Part shown: positions 1 to 14,099 of the stretch, one piece after another
Layout of the letters: the number at the start of each line of letters is the position of its first letter
Numbering within the stretch: the stretch's first letter is position 1
NCBI RefSeq assembly: GCF_006345805.1
Contig: NC_043014.1
Span: 18,476,001-18,540,000 of the forward strand
Length of the DNA: 64,000 bases
Origin: Octopus sinensis
Lineage: Eukaryota
Reading direction: 5' to 3'
The notes under the pieces: model-generated
What the model saw: the letters and a program-made list of their open reading frames with translations, nothing else
Told to the model about the DNA's origin: nothing
Databases searched by the model: none
Translations under genes and position numbers: made by a program

Positions 1-402
1 ATTTAATTAGGCCATAACCAATTTCCAGTGATGGTCATGGTTTTAGATTCGAGTCAGCCAAAGCATGGTTGATGAAATTTGAAAAAGGAAAACTATGTTG
101 TAGCCCGTCGGAGGGACCATTTCGGACCTTAATTGGCAATTAAAGTTATCCGAGGCTTTAAAACCATCTCCTCATCGATGAGTGAATTTAGGGTGTTGTA
201 TAGGATGTATTATAGTTACACCTTTACTCTGCAGATATATATATATATATGTTACCATCGACAATCATCCGAAGGTATGAGAAAGTCTGTGAGGGCTCCC
301 ATGTATCCTCTGAGGAAGCAATTCAAGGAGCAGATGACTAAACAATCCAATTCGCACAATGATCGTCCGTTCCATTACTAACAGTCCTATCTACATAAGC
401 GA

Positions 403-403
<1 letters not shown>

Positions 404-452
<49 letters not shown>

Positions 453-472
453 ATATATATATATATATATAC

Positions 473-534
<62 letters not shown>

Positions 535-543
535 GTATATATA

Positions 544-592
<49 letters not shown>

Positions 593-660
593 CAAATATA
601 TACATATATATATACATATATATATATATACATATATATATATGTGTATATATGTATGCA
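404..660. repeat. Compound microsatellite (TC)n/(TA)n/(TG)n
   Basis: Direct reading of dinucleotide runs; these produce the poly-IY/VC ORFs. Confidence 0.95.
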
Positions 661-883
661 TGTAAGTATAAACAGATGCGCTCATATATTGCACACATTA
701 ATCTACAGTTTGCTCACCTAAATTTGAAGCCAATCATTTTAGATACAGGAAGTTAATTCTTGCAGAACGGATGTTATGGTCGAAGAATTATTAAAATTGA
801 ATTTTCGTGTTGTCAGAGATGTTATGCTTCTTGTAGTTGATTTTTGTTGATATTGAAGTTGCTGTCACTCCTACCATAAGCTA

Positions 884-1793
884 TATATACGTATGTACGT
901 GTGTGTGTATGTATGTATGTATGTATGTATGTATGTATGTATGTATGTATGTATGTATGTATGTATGTATGTATGCATTTATGTATGTATATATGTATGT
1001 ATGTATTTACGTGCATGTAAGTATCTGTATATATGTATGTGTATACATATATTTATATATATGAATATATATATATATTTATACATGTATGTATATATTG
1101 CTTGTGCATTTGTGCATGCGTGTGAGTGTGTGTATTTATATATGTGGATATTTGTATGTGCATCCATTTGTATATATTCGGATGGATTTTATGTGTATGT
1201 TTTTGTATGTAGCCGCTAATGCATCATTTCAGTAGTAATTTATGTGTCTATTGAAAAGTATGTCTGTAAATATACGAATATATATATATATATTTACAAA
1301 CGCACATATTCATATATACATATATATGTATGTCTTTATGTATGTATGCTTGTTGCGTGTGTATGCATATGCGTATATGCATGAATGTATATATGTGTAT
1401 ATTTGTATATGATTTATAGTTATGTTAGTGTGCATGTGTACAAGTGTGTATTTGTCAGTGTCTAAATTCATATATGATAGTACTTGCACTTCACACATAT
1501 ACGCTCAGCGCACATATCCTTTTGTGAACACATACAAACACATAGCAGATACACATAGACACATGCACATATGCACAAATAGAAAAAAAATATTGGCTTT
1601 ATTTATGTTTGTGTTTAGTTTTTTCTCTTCATTTCTCTCTCCATTCACCCTCCTTTTGTTTTTGCTCAAATACACGTAAACCAAAGTATTATACACACAT
1701 ACATACACACACACACATACATACGCACGCATACATACGCACGCATACATACGCACGCATACATACGCACGCACACATACACACACGACACAT

Positions 1794-1827
<34 letters not shown>

Positions 1828-1981
1828 GCACAACTATATATAGATATATATTTGCACATACGTATACGTTTGGAGTGTGTATGTGTGTGTGTCTATGAAT
1901 GCAATCGTATATGTGTGTGTATATATATACATACATATACTTGTACAAACATATATATCCACACACAATATAATATATATA

Positions 1982-2045
<64 letters not shown>

Positions 2046-2082
2046 CATATACATACATACATATGTATATATATATATATAT

Positions 2083-2130
<48 letters not shown>

Positions 2131-2195
2131 ATATATATATATATACATACATATACATACATATACATACATACATACATACATACATACATACA

Positions 2196-2226
<31 letters not shown>

Positions 2227-2235
2227 GCATGAACG
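884..2235. repeat. Microsatellite-rich block: (TATG)n, degenerate TA/TG, (CA)n, (CATA)n
   Basis: Tandem tetra- and dinucleotide runs with short degenerate spacers. Confidence 0.9.
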
Positions 2236-2484
2236 TATATATATTTTGTAATATATTAATTTTAATTAACTATTTACAGAAACAAATTTATAATATTTCA
2301 GAAAAAGAATGCCACCCAATTAAAAGTTAATGAATGAATTAATGAAAGGCGATAAAAGCACACAGCAACGTTTGCCATTTTTATCTCTTCCATTGAGACA
2401 GTATTTAGCCCCACCCGTTCACCTGTCTGAGAACAATTAAAAAATTAGAAAGAAAACAACATTCTCCGACACATATCTTAAGTC

Positions 2485-2879
2485 TTTTATCTATTTCTTA
2501 ACGTTATTAATTGGACTGCAGATGTGCTGGTTCTCCAGATAAAGGGCCGTCGTCAAAGAAAACAGCCTCAGGACAATTTTTAATTCTGGCTCGTCATGTT
2601 CACTTTCTCCGAACCTCTAATTTTACGGGGACGTAAGCAATCCAACAGCGGTTGTCAACACAAAGACACACACAAACTTATACACGCGCATAAATATACG
2701 CCCAGCAACTACACGTTCTTTATTATATCTCCTTGTTTGTTTCTGTGTTCCTTTCTGTGGAAGAGCATAGGCTGAAACATTAAAGACTTTTTCACTTCCC
2801 GAGTTTTAAAGTAATACATCTGTTTGTTGTCTATACCATCTCTCTTCGCCTTTTGTTTTTTTTTTGTGAATTCTCCCCC

Positions 2880-2947
<68 letters not shown>

Positions 2948-3255
2948 TATATGTATATATATATATATATACAAATATAGATACATACGTATGCATATAT
3001 ACATACATACACACACGCATGCACACACACACACACGCACACATATATATATATGTATGTATATATGTATATATGTGTGTATATGGCGAGTTTCCACAGT
3101 TTCCGTCTACCAAATTCATTCAAATTTGTTCACCATACGTCAACTTGGGGCTATATTAGAAAGCACTTTCCAAATGTAAGGTGTTGTGCAGTGGGACTGA
3201 TTTAGAAAACTGGTGAGTTCAAAGCAAACATCCTATTCACACAGCCATGCCTGCG
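2485..3255 (-). mobile_element. Degenerate tRNA-derived SINE (dominant family in this window), interrupted by a hammerhead-bearing fragment and (TA)n
   Basis: The 5' half at ~3080-3255 and the 3' half at ~2485-2680 resemble the reverse complement of the better-preserved copies at 42489 and 59142. Confidence 0.7.
2700..2880 (+). mobile_element. Penelope-like non-autonomous fragment with a hammerhead-like motif (2751-2785)
   Basis: cttt-CTGTGGA-a-GAGC-atag-GCT-GAAAC-att-aaag; same family as the inverted copy at 25225-25350. Confidence 0.5.
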
Positions 3256-3772
3256 TATATATTGAAAAGACCTGATAGATTGTCATTTTCCAGTTATTTA
3301 GTAGACTAAAACATCTCTAAGGGACGTTGAACATCTGAAAACTAGGTAAAAACCAAGAGTGTATGTATCTGCTAATTAAAACTATAATCATAATTAACTG
3401 AAGGCTGTGTCCTACCGCTTGGGTTTCACATCACTGCGATCTCCAGTTAAGTAATGTTTCACTTTCAATCTTTGTATTTTATCGATTATTTATTGGACAT
3501 CTTTACAAAGTTCTGATAATATTAGAACCCTGTGCATGCTTTTCGCATTTAGCTGTTGATATTGGAAACTCGTCAGTGTCTTCTTGCTTCTTTGAAAGCG
3601 AAGTACTTAGGCATTACTATACTGCACATTCAAAAGCAACGAATGCACAGTGCTTCATCATTTGCTCAGTCAAACTCATGTCCCATATTATTTACCTGAC
3701 AATTAAGTTAAAAAGAAAAAGATAAAAAAGAAAGTTAGAGCTCTTCAAAGTGGAGTCCTAAAAAACTGACAT

Positions 3773-3839
<67 letters not shown>

Positions 3840-3867
3840 ATATATATATATAATATATATATATATT

Positions 3868-3911
<44 letters not shown>

Positions 3912-4009
3912 CATATATATATATATAATATATATATATACATATGCATATATATATATACATATACATATATATATATATATACATACACATACATACA
4001 TATATACGT

Positions 4010-4040
<31 letters not shown>

Positions 4041-4044
4041 ATGT

Positions 4045-4256
4045 GTATTTGTGTGTCTGTGTTTGACCTCTCACCATTATTCGACAACCGATGTTGTGTG
4101 TTTACATATCCGTAACGTAGTGGTTAGGCAAAGACATCGATGAATACGTCCGATATAATTAGGACCGATAGAATAGTCCTGGGTTCAATTTGTTCAACTC
4201 ACGTTTATGCTCCAGCATGGCCCCAGTCTAATGATTGAAAAAGTAAAAAAATAAAA
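4045..4256 (+). mobile_element. SINE 3' half
   Basis: Contains cgacaaccgatg, ccgatagaatagtcctggg, gctccagcatggcc and an aaaag tail, shared with the other SINE copies. Confidence 0.75.
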
Positions 4257-4321
4257 GAACACACACACAACACACACACACACAACACACACACACACAT
4301 TATATATATATATATATATAT

Positions 4322-4358
<37 letters not shown>

Positions 4359-4939
4359 ATATTAAATATTAGCGACCCAAAGATATATTTTTATATCGAT
4401 CTGAACATGGAGGCCGTGTTAGAACACCGAATACGGCGTCATTAGCCTTGAGAGATCCTTTTATATGGACGCTTGGTGCATAAAATTACACACATTGTTC
4501 GTAGCACACGAAATTCGTCTATCATGGGTACTTGAATTCACATATCACGTGATTTATTCTATTGGAACTCATTAGAGGGAAGCACTGGTGATCGCATGCC
4601 AATCAAATCTCTGTGCTACGATATTCAGAAGTTCAGTAGGTTGTCAGACGGTGATGTCGCAAATAGCTATCAGGTTTGTTAAAAATCAATTATTAGCGAA
4701 GGAAGCAGTTACGACAGCCAAATTCGTGCTTTCAAGAGGGGAATGTGCGATGGAGTTACTTCCATGAACTGGCCCTGATTGAAGACCTTCAATTCGTAAA
4801 AGAGATGTAAGTGAAAAATTCTGACATCCAAGGCCAATGCAAGCCGCTTGACGAAGGCAAAGAAACCTCCAAACAATCTGAAGAATTCTCTTTCTTTGGG
4901 AATGTTCTGGCTCTTCGCAGATGAAAAGAACTCGTACCG

Positions 4940-4997
4940 GCAGCTGATGGCTCTGGGACCGACACCGGTCCGCGGACCACCATTTTGAGAAGCACTG
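4940..4997. mobile_element. Possible hAT-MITE terminus
   Basis: Ends in ttgagaagcactg (reverse complement cagtgcttctcaa), similar to the CAGTGGTTCTCAA end of the MITE at 47647. No partner end was found. Confidence 0.35.
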
Positions 4998-5659
4998 GCT
5001 TAAAGAATATATAGTATTTGCGAGTGGAGATAGCTTTCGTTACTAGCAAGTGGTTGTGTCACCTGAGGTCGGATAACATCCAGAAACCTAGGTCTGTGTG
5101 TATCACGTAAGGGAGCGATGGCATCCCTTGCAAATGCTATACGCGGGCACAAACTGGAACAGATGTTTTCCTGTGGCTAAAACGACAGTAACATCGTCCT
5201 TGATAATACTACTAAGTTATGTTGGCATATAAACATTACTCGGCCCTCCCTGTTTATATTGGTTTAGTTTGGTCTGTTGTATGTCCTGTTTATGTTACCG
5301 ACTTCGACCCTCTGCAAATCCCAAATTTTATTTTGGTTCGCGGGAGCAACTACCTTCAAAGTCTTATCTTGTCGTTCATTGCTCTAAATAAGGAGTAAAA
5401 GGACAGCCGACAACTGATGAAGGGTCATTTTTATGTTAGTTGTCTTATTTTTCATTGTCTCGCTTGTTCTTTGCGTTATCTTTCTCGTTATTTTCGTATT
5501 TCATGTTGTTTACGTTTTGTGTACCCATATATGCATACATATATACATACATATGAATGTATGTACATATGTGTGTATATATGCATATATATATATTATT
5601 GATATTGAGAAAAAGAGAGATTGACAGAGAGAAAGAGAGATAGGTATATATATATATAT

Positions 5660-5719
<60 letters not shown>

Positions 5720-5720
<1 letters not shown>

Positions 5721-5899
5721 AATGTAATATGTGACAATTATTCGGTAACCATGATAAAACTCCGAGTTTCGGATGCCGAGGTGGAAATCCACGCCGCCAT
5801 CTCTTCAGTTATCCGGCCATCGATTACATTTACAGATAATTCCTCTATTTACATGATATCGAGTTCTGTTTTTTCTTTTGTTGTCAACCGTTTTTATTG

Positions 5900-5905
<6 letters not shown>
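5720..5905 (-). mobile_element. (TA)n-flanked mini-element with a hammerhead-ribozyme fold at 5753-5813
   Basis: Minus strand reads gataa-CTGAAGA-GATG...CATC-c-GAAA-CTCGGAG-T-T-ttatc, with (TA)n on both sides. Confidence 0.6.
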
Positions 5906-5982
<77 letters not shown>

Positions 5983-5983
5983 G

Positions 5984-6222
5984 TGGGAAATAACTTTTGC
6001 AAGCCAGGAGGAGGTCGAACTGACATTTCAGAGTTCTTCGCTTTGAAACCAAAAGAGTTTTACACTGATGGGATTAAAAAGCTTGTAAATAGATGGAAGG
6101 AAGTTATAGATAATAAGGGAAAGTATATTGATGAAAAAATTTCAATTAAATATAACATTTTATCACATATTTTCTTTATTCAAAATTCGGACAGAACTTA
6201 TGGGGTGACTTGAGATATACAC
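5984..6222 (+). repeat. Inverted near-identical duplicate of the mariner 3' end (6417-6653)
   Basis: Reverse complement of 6417-6653 with only a few differences; includes the terminal inverted repeat cggacagaacttatggggtgactt. Confidence 0.9.
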
Positions 6223-6238
6223 ACACACACACACACAC

Positions 6239-6417
<179 letters not shown>

Positions 6418-6424
6418 ATATCTC

Positions 6425-7724
6425 AAGTCACCCCATAAGTTCTGTCCGAATTTTGAATAAAGAAAATATGTGATAAAATGTTATATTTAATTGAAATTTT
6501 TTCATCAATATACTTTCCCTGATTATCTATAACTTCCTTCCATCTATTTACAAGCTTTTTAATCCCATCAGTGTAAAACTCTTTTGGTTTCAAAGCGAAG
6601 AACTCTGAAATGTCAGTTTCGACCTCCTCCTGGCTTGCAAAAGTTACTTCCCAGAAATGATTCTCTAAACTACGAAACAAATGGTAGCCTGAAGGAACAA
6701 GGCCGGGAGAATAAGAAGGATGAGGAATTTTCTCCCGACCAAGCTCTTCGATCTTCTGTGATGTGATCTTTGCAGTGTGGGGTGGCGCATTGTCTTTATA
6801 AAGCATCACTCCTTTTCAATTCACGAAAGCGGGTCTTTTTTTCTTCAAAGCTTAGTTCAAACACTCTAATTGCTGACAGGAAACTTGAGCATTGATTGTT
6901 GCATTAGGTGGTAACAATTCAAAGTGAATTACTCCTTTGCAATCCCACGAGATAGACTGAAGAACCTTTTTTCTCATGAAGTTCCCTTCTCGGTTGTGGT
7001 TGAGCTTTTTTCCTTTTACCAAGCCACTGTTTACGACGTTTAACATTTCGATAGAAGATCCATTTTTCGTCACCAGTCACAAGTCTATCAAAAAAGGATG
7101 AAATGAGATCGCGAGAATGGAGAAAAGAGCAGATGTCAAATCGGGATTTGTTGTTGTTTTCGGAAAATTCCTGAGACACCCATTCTCCAAGTTTAGGAAA
7201 CTTTTCAAGTTGTTGAAGATGACGATGAACATTTGTATAGTTTGAACAAAGCCTTATTGCCAGTTCTTCAGCTGATAATGCAGAATTCTCTTCAAGGAGC
7301 TTGTCATCAAGGAGCTTGTCATCAAGGAGCTTATCATGAAACTCAATTGGACGTCCTATTGGTTCTTCATCTTCAAGTCTGAAATCTCCACTTCTGAATG
7401 TTGCAAACCATCATCTGCGATTTCTTTTATTCAAGCATCCTTTCCCATAAACTGAGTGTATGTTTCAAGTCGCTTCGGCTGCAGAGTTTCCGTTTTTGTA
7501 CCCATAAAGCATTATATGCCTCAAATACTCTTTGGATACTTCCATGTTAGAAAGGGTTTTATCAAAGAAATTTTAATTCTATTACTCTGTAAAATAATAT
7601 TTATTAGTTTAAATGTACACAAATGCAAAAATACAAATTTAAATTCCATTAGACATTTAAAAATACTATTAAATTATATTCAATTTAAAAACGGTAAAAT
7701 CGGACAGAACTTATGGGATGACTT
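6425..7724 (-). mobile_element. Full-length (~1.3 kb) mariner DNA transposon, inactive
   Basis: Terminal inverted repeats aagtcaccccataagttctgtccg (6425) and cggacagaacttatgggatgactt (7701-7724), in TA-rich flanks, enclosing a transposase. Confidence 0.93.
6500..7545 (-). pseudogene. Mariner DD34D transposase pseudogene
   Basis: Begins MEVSKEYLRHIMLYGYKNGNSAAEAT* and contains VTGDEKW, DNAPPH and YSPGLVPSGYHLF (YSPDLAPSD motif mutated). It has stops, frameshifts and a 15-bp triplication at ~7295-7340. Confidence 0.9.
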
Positions 7725-8399
7725 TATATATATAAATATATGTATGTATTTATGTATGTATGCATATATGAATATATGTGTGTAGGTAGTTAGTTATACA
7801 ACATGTATACATGTACATTAGGCCAATCATTACCTTATATATCAATCCGTTTTGTATATGTTCTTATCTGTGTTTTGGAAAAGACGCCAGAGGGACGCCA
7901 GTGTCATTTTCTAATAAAATCTAAGCATGTTTTATGAATGTGTTTCGGTTGTAACTGTTATACATTTTTAACCATAATAACTAAATATTTCAGCAAATTT
8001 GCGAAACTAGAAATACTTTTAATATTACCATCATTATAATTCTCAAGTTTTATGTGATTATAGATCTTATTGAAGCTTTATAGCCTATGTGTAATAAATA
8101 ATATATAGTGATTTACTCTGCCAGCAAAAAATATAAAATTCTCATAGTTTCATGTATTGATGGATATAAATTTTAAAGAAATTCTTTTCCATTTAGCAAT
8201 CAGGTGCTTTTCTTCACCGCCTTTTATTGAAAGAATTTTGCATTCATGGAAAACATGAAATTCTTATTTCTTAATCAAACCAACTGATTGCGTTATGCAA
8301 ATATTTGTAGTTCTTTCAATTGAAGCTTTAAAGTTTTTAGATATACACCACAATGTTATATGGTAGATATTCAATTTAGCTGCAGATGTTTTCAATGTT

Positions 8400-9050
8400 T
8401 ACAATATTTTATCTGGTTGAAAAAAATTACTTAACAGCCTGATACGATTAGGTATCTGTCTGTGAAGTTCACCAAATCTTAAAAAATTGTATGTTGCAAA
8501 TTCTGGAGATGTTATTAATTTTGCGACTACATATCTGAGAAACGCATCAAACTTTGACAGGGTTACAACATTTGGAAAAAAATATAAGATCTCACTTTTT
8601 AGACAATTCCTTTCCAAAATAACAGCAGATTGTTTTAAGTCATTTAAAATTTAAATTTGAATGTGAAATTTAATTTTAAAATGACGAGCTTTTTTCGTAA
8701 CTTATGAAATTATTCCATATTCTTTACTTTTTCTGTGAGGCACTATAATTAATGAATGAGACAAGATTTTAAAAGGTCGGCCAGCGTTCTTCTGTTTGGT
8801 GGCTTTGGCGAAAGAGGTTGTGTGGTGGATAAGACTGATTAGGCTGGAGACAGCTTCCATTTTAGCCAAGCCCTCATCAACTTCTTCAAGTTCCACTTTG
8901 TGCCGTCTCACAAATTTGTTGTAAGTTGGGTAAATGTGACAAGGGTGGTTAAAGTTGATGAGCCTGCTCTGAGCATGCGCCAAAAGACCGAGGGAAGGTT
9001 ATTGGGAGAGAATAGTTGTGCTAGTTGTCAGTGTGATCGTGATTTTGTGA
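8400..9050 (-). mobile_element. Highly degenerate RTE-like LINE reverse transcriptase relic
   Basis: Partial motifs (SFAKATK, FGELH) resemble the RTE RT C-terminal region; weak support. Confidence 0.3.
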
Positions 9051-9225
9051 GTTCCCTTCAAAGAGTTCTCAAGTTTCCCACTTTTGAAAAACATTTTCTT
9101 TTTTTCTTGTTTTTTTTCCTCTGTCTGTTTTTGGCATATTTTCTTTTCATATCTCCATGTAACCCTATCATTCATTGCATTGTATCAATTTGTAACATCC
9201 GTGCACTTTGCTTAAACCCTAAGAC

Positions 9226-9315
9226 TTTCTTCTTCTTCTTCTTCTTCTTCTTCTTCTTCTAGAATAATGATCCCAATTGTGAAGAAAATATTGATTAAAT
9301 AATATAATAATAATA

Positions 9316-9378
<63 letters not shown>

Positions 9379-9380
9379 TA
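9226..9380. repeat. (TTC)n and (AAT)n microsatellites
   Basis: Direct reading. Confidence 0.9.
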
Positions 9381-10849
9381 ATTACTATAACGAAGATGAA
9401 ATGATGACTATGATAACGATGCAATACATATGAAGATAAAATTCTTATTATTGCAATAAAGCGATGAAATTATCTAGTAATACTGATCTATACCTAAGGC
9501 GTTTAATAAGAAAACTCCGGTGAGATGAAAAACTGATAATTTGCATAAAAGTAGATATGGTTTTCTTTTTAGCAATAAGTATTCAAGTATTTTGTAAATA
9601 AACATTAAGCTGGGAATTGGAAAAATAACAAAAACGACTTTGCTGAATAATGAGGTGTAACGAGATTCTATGTTCTTTTTAGTAAACAGGTGTAGTCTCG
9701 TTTTATGCAGCACGGTTTCTTTTTGCTCTATCCCTTAACTTAACTGCGGTATTTGATGAAGCGCGTATTAGTGTTGAGTCTTTGTTATTGGAAATGCTGT
9801 CTGATGTGCGAGTCACTTCACTTGATGTATAGTGCGTTTGGAGGAAAACCAATTCTCAAGTTGTCACAGTCAATAGAGGCTTGTAGAAGATATCAGTCAC
9901 AGTGATCTGGGAGAGAGCCAAGGTACTCACGAAAATTATTAGAATAGTATATTCTGGATGACTTTCAAAGAGAATATTATGGATAATTTCTAGACGACCT
10001 CGGCCTAGTACAGCAGGTTCGGGGGATTTTGTTTTGTTCTGCATATATTCTAGAAGCACAGGTGTGTTGGAGCCGTGACAGGCGCTGGGTAATGAAACCG
10101 TCTAGCAACCTATCATTCTATGTCTGTGCAATGGCGTTTATGAGATCTAGCTGTCATCCGAGTCTGCAGTAGATCCATCATCCTGTAGGGAGGATGAATC
10201 TACTGTCTTTATTCTGACAAAGAAAAATAGGTACTTTTCCAGTGTCTGGTGATTATGACAAGGAAGATGAATGGTGACCGCGATTAAGCTATCCTTATGA
10301 TCTCTACTCTTTCAATGTTGGAAATACATCTGTATATGTATGGGCAAACCTTGGTAAAAGTTTTCTGAAAGAAAACTACCAGTTGTTCGTGCATGCAAGC
10401 TACCCTCCTTTGAACACCCCACCGATGTACATCTAAAGAAAAGGCTATTAATTTTAGACAATACAGCTTAACACCAGTGATACAAAGGGCGTTTCTAAAA
10501 GAACGAAAAGACCTGAACAGATACCACAAGCAATATTGTCTGAACCTTGACATTTTTTCCTGTTCACTACACAGAACTGGTATACTTTAATCAACGCCGA
10601 AAGAATAAAAGACAAAATTTGTCTACGGTGAAATTTTTGATCAATGAACAACTTTCTGTAACAATGCTTGGCCTAGGACATTTTGGAAATTGTTCATAAT
10701 ATCCTATTTGAAGATCATCCAGATAAGCCAACACCTCGCCATCCCCGAGAATTGCTCAGTTCAGTCATCTCTTATTATAATTGCTAATAACTTCAAACGC
10801 GTCTCTATAGAATGGGACATCTTGTGCCATTCTGTCAAATATTCTGAAA

Positions 10850-11680
10850 ATGGCAAATATTGGGTTAAACTAAACAGAAAAGATATAGGCAATGCAAAAT
10901 CCCAACAATGGCTGAGAAGCTCAGGACTAAAGCAGAGACTGAAGGATTTTAATTACATCACAAGATCAAAGCCTTCCCACCAGAAATCAACAAAAACATG
11001 CGGCGAAAAGAAATACAAGTAGCTATGGAGATGGAGAAGAAACAACATATCATAGATGGACATAGAAGCAATAAATCATATTGTCTCTGGCTGCCTAGTC
11101 CTGGCTAAGAAGGAATATATTCAAAGGCACTACAGTGTTGGGACCTATATACGCTGGAAGCTATACCAACACTATGGAATAACAACAGAAAAAAAATGGT
11201 ACAGACACACGCCAGAAATGTTCACAGAAAATGAGAAAGCAACCATAATTTGGGATATGCCAATACACACAGAGAAATTAAGGCCGATAGGCCGCATATA
11301 ACTGTCGGAGATCAAGAAAAATGCTTTCTAATCCATGTATCAATACCAACAGATGACAATGTTTCCCTAAAAGAAACGGAGAGATTTCAAAATACAAAGA
11401 TCTGGAACTAAAGGTAACTTGAATGTGGAGCCTAAAAACAGAAACAATTCGTATTACAGTAGGCGCATTAAGTATGATAAAAAAACATTCAAACAAATAC
11501 ATAACAAAAACATCAGGACTATATAACATACAAAAAAATAGCACTGCACATCCTACGTACAACACTTTCAATACAGGGAAATAAAAGCATCATAACAGAT
11601 CACAGCACATAACCAAGGCACACAGAGATGCGCTCGGTAATGCAGTGAAAGCACGTGATAAAAATAAAACTGCTGAATAA
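10850..11680 (+). mobile_element. R4/Dong-clade non-LTR retrotransposon, 3' fragment (zinc knuckle and RLE region)
   Basis: SQQWLRSSGLK, INHIVSGCLVLAKKEYIQRH, IWDMPIHT, RPHI, KYKDLE; ends in an (AAT)n tail. Confidence 0.85.
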
Positions 11681-11754
11681 TAATAATAATAATAATAATA
11701 ACAACAAAAACAACAACAACAACAATAATATTATTAATAATAATAATAATAATG

Positions 11755-11808
<54 letters not shown>

Positions 11809-11830
11809 TAATAATAATAATAATAATAAT

Positions 11831-13921
11831 CAACTGCTAATTAATCGTATGATCCTTGAGAACTGTCACAACAAGCGCAGGAATCTCAGCTCCGCATGGA
11901 TTGACTATAAAAAGGCCTTCGACAGTATACCGCATCCATGGATCTTGAGATCGCTGGACATCTTCAAAATTTCCCCTGTGATTTCAAGCTTCCTGAAGCA
12001 CAATATGTCGTTGTGGAATACGAATCTCCAATTGTACCACTCTAATGGAGTACTTGCCTCAGAAAATATAAACATCAACTGTGGAATTTTTCAAGGTGAC
12101 TCACTTTCACCTTTAATATTCTGCATAGCCCTAATACCCCTTACAAGTGAATTAAACAGAACAGGGTATGGGTATAAAATTGCCAATAAAAAATAAGCCA
12201 TCTATTTTATATGGATGACTTAAAACTATGGTAAAGACAATAATGAACTTGAAGGCCTATTGTGAACTGTGAAAGCATTCAGCGATGACATCGGGATGGA
12301 GTTTGGACTTGAGAAGTGTGCCAAGGCCACTTTCCAGAAAAGGAAGTGAAGACCACAAATTCAGTCGTGTTAGATGTTGACACAGTCATAAGAGAGCTTG
12401 AGCAAGAGCAAACATACAAATATTTAGGGATAAATGAAGGCTCTGGTATTCAGCATGCAAGCATGAAAGAGAAGATCAGGAAGGAATGTTATAGGAGAGA
12501 TCGTGCAGTCCTGAAATATGAACTAAATGCACGTAACAAGGTGTTAGCTATAAATTCCTTAGCAGTTCCAGTTGTTACTTATAGCTACAATGTGTTGAAC
12601 TGGAATATGAGTGAAGTAATGAATATAGATAGGAAAATACGCAAGCTGCTGAGTTGTAATAGGATGCACCACCCAAAGGCAGACGTAGATCGCCTTTACA
12701 TTCCTAGAGCCCAAGGAGGTCGAGGCCTTATCCAATTTGAACTAGCTTACAAAACAACCACAATTGGACTGGCCAAATATCTTGAAATAACGAATGACTG
12801 GATGCTAAAGCTCGTGGAAAATCACGAGAGACGAAAGAAGCTTCATTCTATCATAAAGGAAAGCAAAAAATTTGCTATTGATCTCGTGCAGGATACCCAA
12901 ACTGAACAATCCGAGGGCAATTATTGTTGCAAAGAAGGTGAAAATAATGGCAACGAAAAAAGCGCACGAGCAATTGGCTGATAGGTGGGAGGACAAACCT
13001 CTGCACGGCAAATATGTGGCCCGCAGCAAACAAGCTGATGTTGACCAGAAGCAAACCCATCAGTGGCTACGGAGCTCAGGGCTAAAAGCAGAGAGCGAAG
13101 GTTTCATCCTGGCTGCTGAAGATCAAAGCCTGTTAACCCGGAACTACCAGGCCAATGTGATGAAAAATGGAGCAGACCCAAAATGCCGATTCTGCAACGA
13201 CATGATTGAAACAGTGGACCACCTAATCTCTGGATGTAAAGTCTTAGCACCACTGGAGTATAAATTAAGACATGACAGAGTTGGCCAATATCTACACTGG
13301 CTAATAAGTCGGCATTACAATATCAAAACTGCCGACAAGTGGTATAATCACCACCCTGAAGCTGTAACTGAAGGAGAAAATGTAACAATTCTGTGGGACT
13401 TTCCAGTACATACAGACCGAACCATCAAAGCCAATAAACCAGATATAATTGTGAAAGACTAAAACAATAAAGTTTGCTTATTGATCGACATGAGCATCCC
13501 CTGTGATCATAATATCCCAGCGAAAGAGTTTGACAAGCTCAGAAAATATAAAGACCTACTCAGTGAAATTGAAAAAATGTGGCATCTCAAGGCGGTTACA
13601 ATACCAGTGATCGTAGGAGCACTAGGAGTGATCAAGAAGGGAACCGAAAATTATATGAGAATGATCCCTGGCTTACCATCCCTGCAAGAAGTGCAAAAGA
13701 TTGTCTTAACTGGTACATCACACGTATTGAGAAGAGCATTGTCGATGTGAGAACTATTACTACCCATGTATTTTAATTTAACTTAAAAAAAAAATGAACG
13801 AACTATTGAGTTTAGTTTAATGGCCTACCAATGTATACTATGAGTTTCTTTGCCCTAGGAGTAGGGAAGACACTCGGCAAGAAATGGAAGCAAATTTGAA
13901 AGAAGGAAAAAAAAAAAAAAA

Positions 13922-13922
<1 letters not shown>
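11831..13922 (+). mobile_element. R4/Dong-clade non-LTR retrotransposon, 5'-truncated, with RT, CCHC and restriction-like endonuclease; disrupted
   Basis: QLLINRMILENC, WIDYKKAFDSIPH, GIFQGDSLSP, FYMDDLK, CRFC..ETVDHLISGC, RHD, KPDII, KYKDL. Flanked by (AAT)n on both sides; several stops and frameshifts. Confidence 0.95.
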
Positions 13923-13967
<45 letters not shown>

Positions 13968-14099
13968 TAATAATAATAATAATATAATAATCATAGACAG
14001 CCAAAGAATATGGTCAACCGTTTCATTGTGCATTTAGTGTTAGGGTCTGTTTTCTATAAAAGCAAAATAATGAAAATAGCCCCGAACACTAAGCACAAA

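Noticed and set aside
716-740. ATGATT-N12-AG|GTGA (start codon plus donor) on the minus strand, echoed at 46344-46368 on the plus strand as possible paralogous first exons
   Set aside because: Only 16 of 24 identities in AT-rich DNA, found by eye, and no convincing downstream exons; chance cannot be excluded.
338-4115. Many ORFs rich in IY/VC/HT/MYVC repeats, here and throughout the window, and poly-I/L/N/D/S/F ORFs
   Set aside because: They are translations of stop-free microsatellites, with no protein-like complexity.
5405-5455. CTGATGAAGGG hairpin as a hammerhead
   Set aside because: No GAAA/UH half of the core.
8702-8983. 93-aa ORF as a host gene
   Set aside because: Better explained as a degenerate RTE-like RT relic; no splice or start context.
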